Of a stretch of 64,000 nucleotides of DNA, positions 36,201 through 48,601 are shown in pieces. Each line of letters opens with the position of its first letter. Position 1 is the stretch's first letter. The notes under the pieces are model-generated. The model saw only the letters and a list, made by a program, of their open reading frames with translations, ran no database searches and was not told the DNA's origin. The position numbers and the translations under genes were made by a program. This DNA comes from Tubiluchus corallicola (Eukaryota > Animalia > Priapulida), in NCBI GenBank assembly GCA_030141605.1, contig JAQGDQ010000364.1, positions 170,586-234,585 of the forward strand, read 5' to 3'.

Positions 36201-39200
36201 TAAACATTCCCACAATTCCTGTGGGCCACATGCAGTTTGGTCAAGGAGCCAAGTACAGTAGGACCTAATAACGATTTTTTTGCATCCGATTTATGCACAT
36301 CATTACTACTGCACTACTACACTCAAGAAAATATTTTAGGAGTCATTAAAAATTTATACTAAAAACCATATATTTCGTCATGTCCGACAGTGACATTAAG
36401 TGACAACGGTCTTGTAAGGGTTAATGCCATCCGATCTAGAGAAAAAACTACGCGCACTATCTTTGCGATATTGGCGCAGACTTCAGCTGGATCGCGTGGG
36501 CCGCACTTTCATTACGTTGACAAACCTCTTCGCGGGCTGCACAAGATCTCTCGGCGGGCCGCAGTTTGCACACCCCTGCTGTAGCACAAGTATTCTATCA
36601 CACAATTTTTCTAAAGAAAAGGCCAAAGAGCAAAATGGGGCAGAAGATCTGAAAGGTCCAAAGTTCCTAAATTACCTTTTCTTTGTTAAAATTATTCACT
36701 TTCAATGTAGGTTACCATTTTGCAAAATGTAATTTTAATATAACACTAACTATGCTCTACAGAATAAATTTATCGGAAGACACAAATGCAATTCTAAAAT
36801 TTGTTGTGTGCTAAACTTTGTAAAATAACGTAACATAAATTAATATAATTGTAATATTTAATCACTGTAAATACCTTTTACTATTTTATTTTCATTGTTA
36901 TTATTGTGATGATGATTATACCCCATGTACGGGGTTTTGTCTGTTTTTTCGGACTTTGTAATGTACTGCATTGTTTTTGTTGTAATGTACTGCATTGTTT
37001 TTGTAATGTTTTGTAACTTGTAATTGTATGACTTGTAAATCGTCAATAAATAAATAAATATTTATTAACCACATATAAAAAAAGGGTGAATAACATGACT
37101 GACATTCTATATGCCTAAAAATGTTGGCATTCTTATTCTAACTTAGCCAAATACCTGATTGACTACATACTTAATTCATATAAAAACTTATTTTTTTAAT
37201 TACAACCTATCACACATCACATAATATGATGATGATAATAACAATGCCATGTAGCTTATGATTTTTCTCTGGAGCGGAATTTAAATGGAATTGATGACTC
37301 TCTAAAATGAGATTCGGTCAATTTTGAAACGCAAAATCGGAGGTCCTACATGCAGTTTCATAGCAGCGTTGGCAAGTGTTTGAAGTCTGTTTTACACTTT
37401 TGAAGTAAAAACCTTGCTGACAATCATTCCAATATCTAATAAGCTACAGCATGCCAACACTGAAGCACAGTAACTCTCGGTAACCATTTGAACTATCTAA
37501 TAAGCTACAGCATGCCAACACTGAAGCACAGTAACTCTCGGTAACCATTTGAACTATCTAATAAGCTACAGCATGCCAACACTGAAGCACAGTAACTCTC
37601 GGTAACCATTTGAACTATCTAATAAGCTACAGCATGCCAACACTGAAGCACAGTAACTCTGGGTAACCATTTGAACTATCTAATGAGCTACAGCATGCCA
37701 GCACTGAAGCACAGTAACTCTCGGTAACCATTTGAACTATCTAATAATCTACAGCATGCCAACACTGAAGCACAGTAACTCTCGGTAACCATTTGAACTA
37801 TCTAATAAGCTACAGCATGCCAACACTGAAGCACAGTAACTCTCGGTAACCATTTGCACTATCTAATAAGCTACAGCATACCAACACTGAAGCACAGTAA
37901 CTCTCGGTAACCATTTGAACTGACGCAGAATCGTTTGTAAATAATCCATTCGCTGCATGCATTTTCGCTATCAAGATAATCAACTTCTAAATTTTTAATA
38001 CTTACTAATCTGGGTCTTTGTTTATGCACTGATCAAACAGTAAATAAAATGATCCGAATCCAGTAATAAAAGCATGTACGTTCGAGTTTACTCTAAACAG
38101 AAATAAACATGAATTAAATAAACAACATTCTTCTTATACAAACAAAATGATTATTATGTATTTTCTCAACAGTTTGTCCAAAGGGAAATAAATACTTAGT
38201 CACAAGATCCGCTAACTGCGTTCTTAGCGACCAAAGTAAAGCCATGCCAAGCTTGGTAAATAAGTGGATAAATGACCACATGAAACACTACCAGTGGACT
38301 GCTTCATCTGCTATATTGTCCCCACCTATTTATCTCACTTCGGGAGAACATGAAAGGGAAGTTCGACAGTTTCTCATGTTAAAACATTATCAGTGATCAT
38401 GGAATAAGTTCCAGTCCTACACCTTAAGCACCCCATGCTGCCCCAACCATTCATAGCGATGCCATAACAGCTTGTAGAGAGCTAGTAGTCATTCAATCGG
38501 TCAGTTAGTTGTTCTTTTGAGAGCGTTTCCACAATATGTAGCAACACTACCATAAAAAGTCAGCTAGATTCTCTATAGAACTTTACAATGAAATTGTGCT
38601 GAGAAAAACAGGCATTAAGGCGATTAACTCCTCCAGGAGCCTAAGCGTTTGCTGCCTTTTGCACGAGTCCATGAAAAACTGCTCTCACTAAGCAGCGGTT
38701 ATTTTATATTTGAGAACTTTTGTAGGTTTCTACTCCTCACACAATGGATTTTCATGCAAAATTATAGGTTGGTTGGCTGTATCATAAATTTTGACGCATC
38801 CCTAATTTAGTTCTGTCTGTGTTCACGTAGCAGCAAAGTCATGGGTCTCATAAGACCTATTTTGAATGGTGTGATCCTGAAAGGGTTAATACCAGAAATC
38901 AAAATTGAACTGCTAAATCTAACAGAATGTTATAAGGGATACCAGCACTTTCAGCATAGTACAGGGTGACACATAACATTTTGCTAGAAGTGTACAGATG
39001 TAATGAAAAATATTAACAAACAATTTGGTTCATTACAAAAAAAATATTGCTGAAATAGTTTCGAATCTACAATCTATTAAAATATAGTCCGCAAGTTTCG
39101 AATGTCTCGCACAGTCGGCAATCTTGAGGGATGCGATCGGAGCAATGACTCGCAAGTCATCCAAAACGTACTGCAGACATCTCACACGTTTGTCTCTTGA

Positions 39201-40394
39201 TTACTGACCAACAACACATCATGATAGCTCAAGCAGGTTGGCGGGCAGTGAAGAACACACCTAAATGACCACTTTGTGTTTTGCGATAGCTCTAGCACGT
39301 TGGCAGGGCTGTGGCCCAGTGAAGAACACCTAAGTGACCACTTTGTTGTTCGGGATAGCTGAAGCATGTTGGCGGGGCTGTGGTCCAGTGAAGAACAGCC
39401 AAGTGACCACTTTGTCGTTCGGGATAGCTGAAGCATGTTGGCGGGGTTGTGGTCCAGTGAAGAACAGCCAAGTGACCACTTTGTCGTTCGGGATAGCTGA
39501 AGCATGTTGGCGGGCAGTGAAGAACACACCTAAATGACCACTTTGTCTTTTGAGATAGCTCTAGCACGTTGGCAGGGCTGTGGTCCAGTGAAGAACAGCC
39601 AAGTGACCACTTTGTCGTTCCGGATAGCTGAAGCATGTTGGCGGGGCTATGGTCCAGTGAAGAACAGCTAAGTGACCACTTTGTCATTCGTGATAGCTAA
39701 AGCATGTTGGTGGGGCTGTGGTCCAGTGAAGAACAGCCAAGTGACCACATTGTCATTTGCGATAGCTAAAGCATGTTCGCGGGGCTGTGGCGCAGTGAAG
39801 AACAGCTAAGTGACCGCATTGTCATTTGTGATAGCTAAAGCATGTTCGCGGGGCTGTGGTCCAGTGAAGAACAGCTAAGTGACCACATTGTCATTTGTTA
39901 TAGCTGAAGCATGTTAGTGGGGCTGGCATTCAGTGAAGTTCCATGCCATTCAGTTCAATTGAAACAATTAATTGCACAGTTTTCAGGGCACGGCTTCGAT
40001 CATACCTTTCAATATTGCAGACTGTATGAGATGCCCGAGGCTTCACTGAATAATGAGCGCAAGACAGATTTGTAACTGCTGAAGCAATAATGTTGATGTA
40101 CTAACTTATTCTGTATGTTTATTTGTATTCCATACCCCCATAAAAATTATGAACCACCCTGTATGGGGAGCACAAAATGCTTTGTAAAAAAGTTACAGAT
40201 GGCAGCACTAGGCTCACTCACCTGGAATGCCATTCCTTCTTCTGCTCCGTGTTCAGGTTCTTATAACCCTTTAACAACACGGGCGTCCACGAAGGACTAA
40301 TATGTTCGCACAATACGTAAAAGCCAATCGTACTCGTAAACATGGCAGGCAAATATCTCCAGGAAAATACATAATGAAACTGTTCTGTCGTCAT
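26908..40394 (-). CDS. TLCD4: TLC (TRAM/LAG1/CLN8) domain-containing protein 4 / TMEM56-like, complete CDS of 264 aa; exons 40394-40222, 38092-38006, 36123-36065, 33652-33564, 29947-29874, 27220-26908
   Basis: Six GT-AG exons total 795 nt and join in frame. Motifs EWHSRVNSNVHA, GYSIVD, FVYHH, RLLAELSTPFVNQRW, INGLLM..FFLCR and LNLYWF match the TLCD4/TMEM56 pattern. Confidence 0.9.
29562..29841 (+). mobile_element. Right half of the Tigger-like MITE family seen whole at 57940-58520
   Basis: Closely matches about 58260-58522 and ends gaagtagcgaggaaacattg|ta. Confidence 0.8.
29874..29947 (-). CDS. TLCD4: TLCD4 exon (MIGILPWYGNLRLLAELSTPFVNQR)
   Basis: tttcag| acceptor, AG|gtactt donor, 74 nt; ELSTPF motif. 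Confidence 0.93.
30016..30697. mobile_element. Degenerate Tigger-like MITE
   Basis: cagtaagttctcgcttaacg ... cgttatgcatggtctcacta, imperfect TIRs. Confidence 0.5.
30835..32655. repeat. Tandem array of 31-bp (GTATCGTCAGTTTAGATTCATGATATGAGTT) and 25-bp variant units, roughly 60 units
   Basis: Read directly; homogeneous centre with diverged edges. Confidence 0.97.
33564..33652 (-). CDS. TLCD4: TLCD4 exon (IWLILWRSIGDLSFVYHHIAAMYSYAYVM)
   Basis: ttttag| acceptor, ATG|gtgagt donor, 89 nt; TLC HH motif. Confidence 0.9.
33930..34795 (+). mobile_element. Composite Kolobok-like MITE, copy 3, with a duplicated left end and a captured flank
   Basis: Left TIR at 33930, second left TIR at about 34235, right TIR ending TTAA at 34795. 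Confidence 0.85.
34905..35222 (+). repeat. Dispersed repeat with a second copy at about 56245-56615
   Basis: Shared atgtgtgcttgcatagcaaaat...aaacacttagcaaccgcacaaatg...cagtagatggctctt. Confidence 0.75.
36065..36123 (-). CDS. TLCD4: TLCD4 exon (CDSPLLRTLVAVLIGYSIVD)
   Basis: ttctag| acceptor, G|gtacga donor, 59 nt. Confidence 0.88.
36164..36578. mobile_element. hAT (Charlie-like) MITE
   Basis: CAGGGGTGTACAAA ... TTTGCACACCCCTG with perfect 8-bp TSD CTGTAGCA; subterminal gggcc motifs. Confidence 0.9.
37433..37920. repeat. 61-bp minisatellite, 8 copies
   Basis: Unit tatctaataagctacagcatgccaacactgaagcacagtaactctcggtaaccatttgaac; 488 bp = 8 x 61. Confidence 0.97.
38006..38092 (-). CDS. TLCD4: TLCD4 exon (VNSNVHAFITGFGSFYLLFDQCINKDPDY)
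   Basis: tgtttag| acceptor, TA|gtaagt donor, 87 nt, phase-compatible. Confidence 0.88.
39222..39938. repeat. 69-bp minisatellite with shorter variant units, about 10-11 copies
   Basis: Unit gatagctgaagcatgttggcggggctgtggtccagtgaagaacagccaagtgaccactttgtcgttcgg. Confidence 0.95.
40222..40394 (-). CDS. TLCD4: TLCD4 first coding exon (MTTEQFHY...EWHSR)
   Basis: ATG at 40394 after caaa; AG|gtgagt donor; upstream acceptor tttag| puts the exon start at 40438. Confidence 0.85.
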
Positions 40395-40589
40395 TTTGCA
40401 TAACAAGGTTTGGAGGTAGGAGGCTTATGCTACATCACCTAAACAGAAACAGGCTGTGTAAGTACAAATATCATACCCAAGGCTGACAGTAAAAATACTT
40501 CTGTTTCCATCTAATCGATCGGGTAATAATTTTCTATCGCATACCCAGCTGGGAAAGTTATACATGTTTTTGTACGTTCACATACTTAC

Positions 40590-40800
40590 TTGAGACAGTC
40601 ATGTAAAAGCGCATTTTTATATTTAAAATGTAAAATACAATAATTATTTTAACGTCGATCGTTCGGGGAACGGCAAACTCTCGGTCAGGGTTGCCATTTT
40701 GTATGTTGCTCATTGCAGTGCAGACGAAAAAACATCGAATTTTCCACCAAATCGGTGCATTAACGGCCGAGTAGTGTTGCCGCTTATACCATAACTATCA
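40590..40800 (-). promoter_or_regulatory. Candidate TLCD4 non-coding first exon / promoter
   Basis: Strong donor caa|gtaagtat at 40589 could pair with the acceptor at 40439 (151-nt intron). Local CpG enrichment and a YY1-like AAAATGGC on - near 40690-40700. Confidence 0.4.
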
Positions 40801-42506
40801 CAACGTACGTGCATCCAAAATACGAAAAGAAACAATACTATACTTGATAATTTTACAATAATTTAGTCATGCTCAAAGCATGCAAAAAATCTGCATTGTA
40901 AAAATTTAATTAAAACAATAATGCTAACCAGTGGGAAAAAAACTTTGATTTCAATGGATTTTAAATATTCCGTGATTCAGCTTTACACATCACAAAGCTT
41001 TACACTCTCCCTTTTTGAGCTCACGAGGCAACACAGAAACAGTTTTTTTCCTGTCTGGCCCAAGCATCAACTGGCTATCTAAAACTGTTAACGCAATATA
41101 TAGCCATGTGTTATATGAACTAGTCTCCTGAAAAAGGTGGAGATGTTAGACATTATGTAAAAACTTTAACACTCTACAATATTTAGTGAGTCAGATTTGT
41201 ACATTAATTGAATTTATTTGATTATGAAGTAAGAAATTGTACATGTATTTGTAATACTGTTTGTAGTTTGCTGACCAGTGAAATAAACTCAGTTTGAATA
41301 TAGTCACAGTGTACGGTTTTGCATAACTGCAGATTTTTGGGTATCATTTCGTAGCAATTTTTCTGTAGTTTTCAGATACATACTAACTGTTTTTTAATAT
41401 CACCTTTGAGTAATGAAGCACAACAGGGTAAAGACAGTTGGAGGGAGTGTAAGGACAATTGCTAGACAACCTAAAAAGTCCTGCTTTTTGATTGCCCGCA
41501 ACACATTTACAGTTGTATATATAGCAAACCTAAACTACGGTATATCTAACTAGTTATGTGCTCAATGTAAACTGTATACGAATTTACATGCAACATACAA
41601 CAGCGATAATTCTCTTGTTTATCTTTCAACCCCACAGTGTTTTGAGAGTCAAGTTACTACATTTGTAATGATGCTGTACATAACGTTGTTTAGACACCAG
41701 TATTAAACGAAGTAGCGATATCACTATCTTTGTTTACCATAGGTTGCACTACGTCTAAAAACAGTTTAAATCATTTTTTCCAAAATTTGCTTCCTATTAT
41801 GTATCTTACTGTTTGTTATTCATTGAATTATTGATAACTTTTTGTTTCTTTTAATGTATTAATTGTGTATTTGTGTTGATGTGAAATAAATAAACAATAC
41901 AACAATAAAATAAACAATAAGAGAATAGGACATGGCAGCTCAGACAATAATAATATATTTATTATTTCAATAATATTTATTCCAACAATAATTTCTTTTA
42001 TTTCAAAATCAACATCGGTAATATCCTCAAGATTCTCTAAATGTTTCAGGTCATTCAGAAATGTTACATTTGCCTCTGATGGTGAAAAAATTCAGCAGCA
42101 ACAGGTGACCAGCAATATAAGCCTACAAATATACATGAGGTTTAAGAATCATTTATAAACCCTGTTATAATAAGGAGCTGACTTCAATAACGCTCGTATT
42201 CTTGACAATATTAGCCTTAGTATAATAATCTAACATGGTCACTCACATATACATGAATAATTTTTACAAGTGAATTTTACCATTTTCACCGTTGCCCACT
42301 AATTTATAGTACACGTATTTTTTATTTTGGATAACTTAATTACAGATACATTTTTACTCAGTAAGCCTAGAAATGAAGTTGAACCCAAATCAAAATGTAT
42401 TTAATTCTTGTTGCAGATTAACTGTATTATTAACCCAAAGTGTTCTATTATTACATAATAAACTTGATGTGTTTTGCACTCAAAATAAAATGCTAATTTT
42501 AGATTA

Positions 42507-42889
42507 CCGTATTTTCCCATGTATAAGAGACCCTTGTGTATAAGAGACCCCTTCAATTTTTAGGCAAAAATTCTGGAAAAAAGTTTTTTGGTAATGAATA
42601 ACTTTATTCATCATAGAAATCATTAAATTCCTCATCAAAAATATCAACTGGAGTCAGACCTTCAGCAATTCCAGCCAGTTCATCATCAGAGGAGTCACTC
42701 TGCTCAAAAATGGCATTGTCCTCTGTGCCGTCCATGGCATTGGAGATGCCACACTTCTTGAAAGATTTAATAATGACCTCTGGCTTTACACCATTCCATT
42801 CTGGACTTACTCCCATGTATAAGAGACCCCCTATTTTTAAAGTGAAAATTCTGCGCAAAAAAGGGTCTCTTATACACGGGAAAATACGG
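42507..42889 (-). mobile_element. Tc2/pogo-type internal-deletion element keeping a transposase C-terminal remnant
   Basis: TA|CCGTATTTTCCC(A/G)TGTATAAGAGACCC TIRs; peptide IIKSFKKCGISNAMDGTEDNAIF typical of pogo-superfamily transposase C-termini. Confidence 0.88.
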
Positions 42890-44659
42890 TATGCAAGATT
42901 GACCCTATCCTGTTGCCCATTAATTTATAGTACATGTATTTTCTTTATTTTGGATTTCTTAATTATATAGCAAATGTCATAATTTTAAAAATTAATGTTT
43001 CCTAAATTAAACTGACAGCATTAATTATCATGCCCAAAAATTTCTAAAAATCATTTTATCTATATTCGGTAGGGATAGCAGACTAGGTGACTTTATAGTC
43101 ATTTCGTTATCCTTTCTCTAGTTTATGATCTATCTATTCATTTTAACAATTCTTCAAAACTCATTAGTGATTCTGTTATTAATAATATTCTATATATCTG
43201 TAGCGTTATAAAGAGATAACTAAATTGAAATTGAATCTGATTGGAATATCCTTTGCTATCTCTAGAGTAATAAAACAAACATCAATAGGTAAAAATAAAA
43301 CTATTTTTGTTAATTTGTAGCTGCCATATCATAGGCTACATGTCTTACCGAAGTTCGGAAGCTCTATATAAACGTAATCTTAGACTACACCTCTCTTAAC
43401 ACCCACTAACAGTTTATTTAACCTGCTCTCTTTCTTCTGCATTTCTTGTAAAACTGAAAGGTCTTACGTATATTGCCAAATTATGTCCAGCTAATACAAG
43501 TCTGGTCTGAAAGTGGCAGGATTAAGAATTATATCTTTTACTTCTTTGCACTGTGTCATAGTCGCGTAATTTTTGTTCTAGCCACAATTCAGCAAGGTAA
43601 GCAAGCAAAAAATTCAAACAAATAAGAGTCAATTATCTCATTTCTCTGGCTTATTCCAGAAAAAAATGCTGTGCCTTTTTTCTTCATGGCTGGATGAGAA
43701 TAGTAAAATTTGCAAAAAAATATAGTAACACGGTGTACTTCATCGTCTAAAACTTCGGATAGTTTAACATTATCTGCTTTATTTCACCACATGTCTCATC
43801 GATGAAAACTATGGCTCCAGGCGATCCGAGCCGCCCAGCCGCCAGGCTTAACAATCGAAATTGTCAATTTACAACATTTTCATTCTTTTCAATCAAGTTT
43901 CTTACCAAATCCGTAATACCGACTTATTAAACGAAAAAAAACCCGAGCCCCCAACTGCTGTTAAACTTGCGGTGGAGACTGAGGTTTTGGTTACATGACA
44001 ACCTGTTCTAATAAAAGTTCTTTCGTATTATTGAAATAAATTGATTGAATTTAATTAAAATATTATTGTTATTAGTGATAGCAAAAATGTATAGAAAAAA
44101 GCAGAGCTTGGAGAGCATAGAAAATACCAAGGTACCCCACAGTTTCAAAAATTTTATGTAAAAAATTGTTAAGCTTCTGTTTTAAAACTCGGCATTATCA
44201 GCAGCCAGCAGCCCCGCATTAGGAATTTATAGACTGCAAAATAAAATAATTAGTCACAGTATTAAAATGTGTTTGCTACAAATTTACATTAATCAATGAT
44301 AAAAAATAACAGAATATTTAATACTTACAGCAAATGGATCCAGTAAAGCCCAACAATATTTGAGTTATTGCTTTACTGAATTTGCACCAAATATGTGTGT
44401 TGTTCGTCACCACACAGCATGTTACTCTTAAAAATGCTTTAGAAAGAACTCAATCTAGTTGTACTAGTCTGGATTCTGATATTAAACCTAACTCTGTATG
44501 TTCTCTTGAACAACACTGTGGTACTATAGATCTTATTAACTGTTGTAAAGTCATTAGTGGTAGTTCTATTTTGCGTAGTAGCAAATTTTTTTCTAGACCA
44601 CTTAGTGATTTAGGTGGACACAATTCTAATTATTTGCAGAATAATCTCACACTAATATC

Positions 44660-45003
44660 TGGGGGTGAGCATCGAACGTTCGAATTTGACTCGAACCTGA
44701 AATTATAGATTTGAATAATTCAACACTCCAGCCACACGCATTCTTTATCATTAAAATGTTTGAAAAAGTATGCACTTAGCACAATTTACCTGCAGTTTCC
44801 ATGCAAAACTTTTAACAAACTAATGGCAGTTTTACTGCAGTTCAAAATCAAGTAATATGCATGAATTTTGCAAGACCACTTTTTACTAGTGGCTCGAAAA
44901 TCTTTCAAACTCAATTCGAATTCGAAAAATTGAAATTCGGTTCGATTCGAATGTCACCAATTCGATTCGAATTCGCTTTCTGGTAGAGAATGCTCACCAC
45001 CTA
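44660..45003 (+). mobile_element. hAT MITE (GGGGTGAGCA TIR), copy A
   Basis: TSD ctaatatc/ctaatatg; subterminal TTCGA repeats. Confidence 0.82.
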
Positions 45004-45481
45004 CTAATATGTTCTCTCTTCGTGTTGGGGGCCCTTGGAATTTACTGAAACAGTTGATGCATCACATCTGTCGCAATTTTGCTAATTGTTGAGGAGAGAC
45101 CGTCAATAGTCGTGTTATGGTTAGGCTTCTTAGACTTCGCAAGCAAATCTGCGAATATGACACGTGTTAAATTGTTGATAGAAATCATAATTTTGTTTGG
45201 GTAGAACCAAAATTAGCAAACCAAATTGTTAGTAAAGTAAAATAGTGCAGAGTAAGTTTGTAAGCAATTTTGTTTCATCGTTTGAAGTTTAATCAACAAC
45301 CTCACCATTTAAAAAACTATTGTCAGTTTTCAAATGTTATTAGAAAATTACCTTTCATATCTGTCTTTTCAACGTTTATATCTTTCTTTATTACCACCAT
45401 AATCATATTCATCAATATCATATGTTTATCATTATCTGCTGCTGCTGTCATAAGTTTAATCCGTACCACTTTAATAACCAA

Positions 45482-45804
45482 CAGGGGTGAGCATTCTCTA
45501 CCAGAAAGCGAATTCGAATCGAATCGAATTTGTGACTTTCGAATTCAAATCGAACCGAATATCAGTTTTTCGAATCCGAATTGAGTTTAAAAGATTTTCG
45601 AACCACTAGTTAAAAGTGGTCTTACAGCAGTAAAAGCGCAGTTAGTTTGTTAAAAGTTTTGGTACAGAAACTGCAGCTAAATTGTGCTAAGTGCATGTTT
45701 TTCAAACATTTTATTGATAAAGTGCGTGTGTGGCTGGAGTGCTGATTATTCGAATCTATAATTTTAGGTTCGAATCGAATTAGAACGTTCGACGCTCACA
45801 CCCA
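45482..45804 (-). mobile_element. hAT MITE (GGGGTGAGCA TIR), copy B, inverted relative to A
   Basis: TSD ataaccaa/ataaccga; reverse complement of copy A. Confidence 0.82.
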
Positions 45805-47495
45805 ATAACCGAAGTCACGTATTCATCAACAATTTTCATTATTATCATCATCATTAAAAATTCATAACACAGTACAGCATAAAACATATCTTATTTCTTA
45901 TAAAAAAAGTTTATTTTTCTTACTAATGATTTGTATTGTACAGAAACAGATTCTGCCGAATTGCCCGAACAAGTTCCCTGTGGAATTAAGTTCAGTTAAC
46001 CATAGATCAATCCGAAAAACACTGCGAGTGTCGGAACAAGAGTACACTATTTTAGTATTTACATATTTGCATAATTTGATCTATTTGTTTAGAGCTGCAA
46101 ATAATGACTGAATATCAAATATTTCTTCACTTAATTAACTACTTATAATACTAAACTAAAAGCAATGTGAGATATAAATATAAACTATATAGCATAAAAA
46201 ACCTCTGGAATTGAATGTGAGATTCTGAGAATATTACACCAGCAATGACAACAACTAGACGAATGAGATACAGTATTACGTGTGGCGCTCACATGCTTGA
46301 TGATTTAGATGTTTAACCAACTATTTTTAGCAGTTTTTCAATGAAATAGTGCTACTAGAGCAATACAGGTAGGCCTAGTACATTATTACTGAAACTTATA
46401 ATACTAAATCTTTTACCATAGTAATCCCTATCTGAAGACAGAAATTATGCACCACATACAGCAATAGCACGTCTAGCGAGGACAATGGAATGTCAAAATG
46501 TGTCACGTGTCAACATTTGCACAAACGAATTTTTTGAAAGTGAAATATTTCTTACATAAAACTCTCTAAGTACATCCTGCTGCCATCTGGCGTGTATTCA
46601 ATAACACGTTTAATTACAATAAGTGTTTAGAACAGAAAGGCAAGCATACAGTCACGTTTAGTGGACGCACGTAGCATTGAGCATTCAGCTATTACATAAA
46701 CGAAGAACAACTATGTAAATTATAAACAAACAAAGAAAATGTACGAAACGAAAAGCAAAATATTATGTTCAACATTATATCAGATTCATTTCTAATCTCA
46801 GTGATTTTAAAGCTTAACTCAAAGCATGTATGGAATGCCTTTCAAAGAGTGCATTAGAATAATTTCTAACTGGTCATAAAAAGTTGCACAAACAGTTCAT
46901 AAAAACAGACAGGCAAAAGATAAATTAAATTTTACCAACAAAGAACATTGATCATTTAGTATTTACAAAACACAACTCTGAGATTCTGAAATGAAACTGT
47001 GCGAATGCAGTGAAATAATTGTAACAATACACACCTATGCAATATGAAAACCCATTAAGAAGCTCAGTAAAATTTTAAAAATATCACTGCCAACACAAAT
47101 ATACTTAAATAATATACGTCTAGTTACAATGTTGTAAAGATAAAACTGTAGTAGAACATAGGTGCATCAAATAATATGCTAAAATGGTCTTTATATACAT
47201 ATAAGAGTGGGCACAACCATAGTGCTGAAAGTAGGAAAATTCGACCAGCAAAGTGTTTGTGGCGTATAAGAACATACATGTGTGCACAAAGAAGACAGCC
47301 ACTCAGCTGAACAATAAGAAACTATGAAAAGGCCATTGTTTCTATAAACATCAAAACATTGATCGAGTTCTACACAAAACTTGAATTAAAATAGGTAAAT
47401 CAAAAAACTTGTTATTACAAATTTCTTTTCTTTTTGCTTTTTTAAACACATTAAATGAATTAAGCCTAGCTGTTATCTGTTACTAAAGGCACAAG

Positions 47496-47976
47496 CAGTG
47501 GTGGCTCGTGTATAGTTACTGTGGAACTGCAGCGCTCCCTATTTTCACTCGACATTAAATCTTTTTTCATTAGTTCTTTCTTTATACTTAGTATGGAACC
47601 AAAGCACGCTTCATGGCCCAGCACAGTGCATTCCAGCAACACAGTGTTTGGCTGTACTGCGCATGCGGCCATGCATGTCTGAGCCCAGGTAGAGAAAGTA
47701 CTGACGCTCACACAGTTTGTTGTCAGATGTCACATGCTTACCGTGAATGGATCAAGCTTGAACTGCGACTATTTAGCTATTCGTTAGCAAAAAACACTTT
47801 TTATGGTTTAGGATTTCATCAAGTTTATGTATAAACTTTCATAAGTTCGTTTGCTTAAAATTACAATTTACAACATAAAATTACAAATGTTTGTTTCGTT
47901 TTACACAGTATTAAAACAATGGCTAAAAATTTTCTGAAGCAGCATCCTTACTAATTTTAGCTACGAGCCGCCACAG
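47496..47976 (+). mobile_element. hAT MITE (CAGTGGCGG family) in the probable Nrx-IV 3'UTR
   Basis: Perfect 8-bp TSD GGCACAAG (47488-47495 and 47977-47984). Confidence 0.9.
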
Positions 47977-47991
47977 GGCACAAGAGAACTT

Positions 47992-48100
47992 TTTGGAATG
48001 TGTAATGTGGAATGTGCAATCACCCCATTTTGGAATGTGCAATCACCCCATTTTGGAATGTGCAATGTGGAATGTGCAATCACCCCATTTTGGAATGTGT
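47992..48100. repeat. Short tandem duplications of ttttggaatgtgcaatcacccca
   Basis: Read directly. Confidence 0.85.
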
Positions 48101-48410
48101 AAATAACACCTATAAACTAGAAAATACAAGACTATCCACAAAAAATTCTTATTAGTACTAGTGATAATACCACAACCCCATTCTTAAAAACATCTCTGTG
48201 TAAAAAGCTGCCGTTTATGTTTATTTAAATAAGCAAAATTCTTTGTTCAGTCTTTGTGAAAATGCCACCATAGAACTTGTATAAAATGGGCACCAGATGG
48301 CACTACGAGTTTGATTTATATTACACTGCCCACTAAACTGGCACTACGTGTTTGCTATATACAAGACGCGAGTTATTGCATACATATTAGCCAACAATTT
48401 CACCATACTC

Positions 48411-48601
48411 CTATAAGAAGTATTCTTTCTTCTTAGCTGCCGGCATTCCCGTCGGTCCTCTCACGACGGCCTGATCCGCTGTATGCGCATCCTCTGCACC
48501 TACATCCTCTTGTGTTTGGTACGTCCCTTTTTCGGTGAGTATAAATCGTGCAAGTATGATGAGGCATATCAGAAGCAGGATGAATATGATTATTAATATC
48601 A
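48411..48601 (-). CDS. Nrx-IV: Nrx-IV last coding exon (TM, 4.1-binding motif, PDZ ligand EYFL)
   Basis: tttcag| acceptor, TAG stop at 48413-48411. Confidence 0.94.

Noticed and set aside
43000-45350. Possible extra gene between TLCD4 and Nrx-IV
   Set aside because: Only short broken ORFs with no consistent exon chain; it looks like decayed LINE-like DNA interrupted by MITEs and is too degraded to name.
44900-45600. TTCGAA/GAATTC clusters as heat-shock elements
   Set aside because: The spacing does not fit nGAAnnTTCn arrays; they are hAT subterminal repeats.
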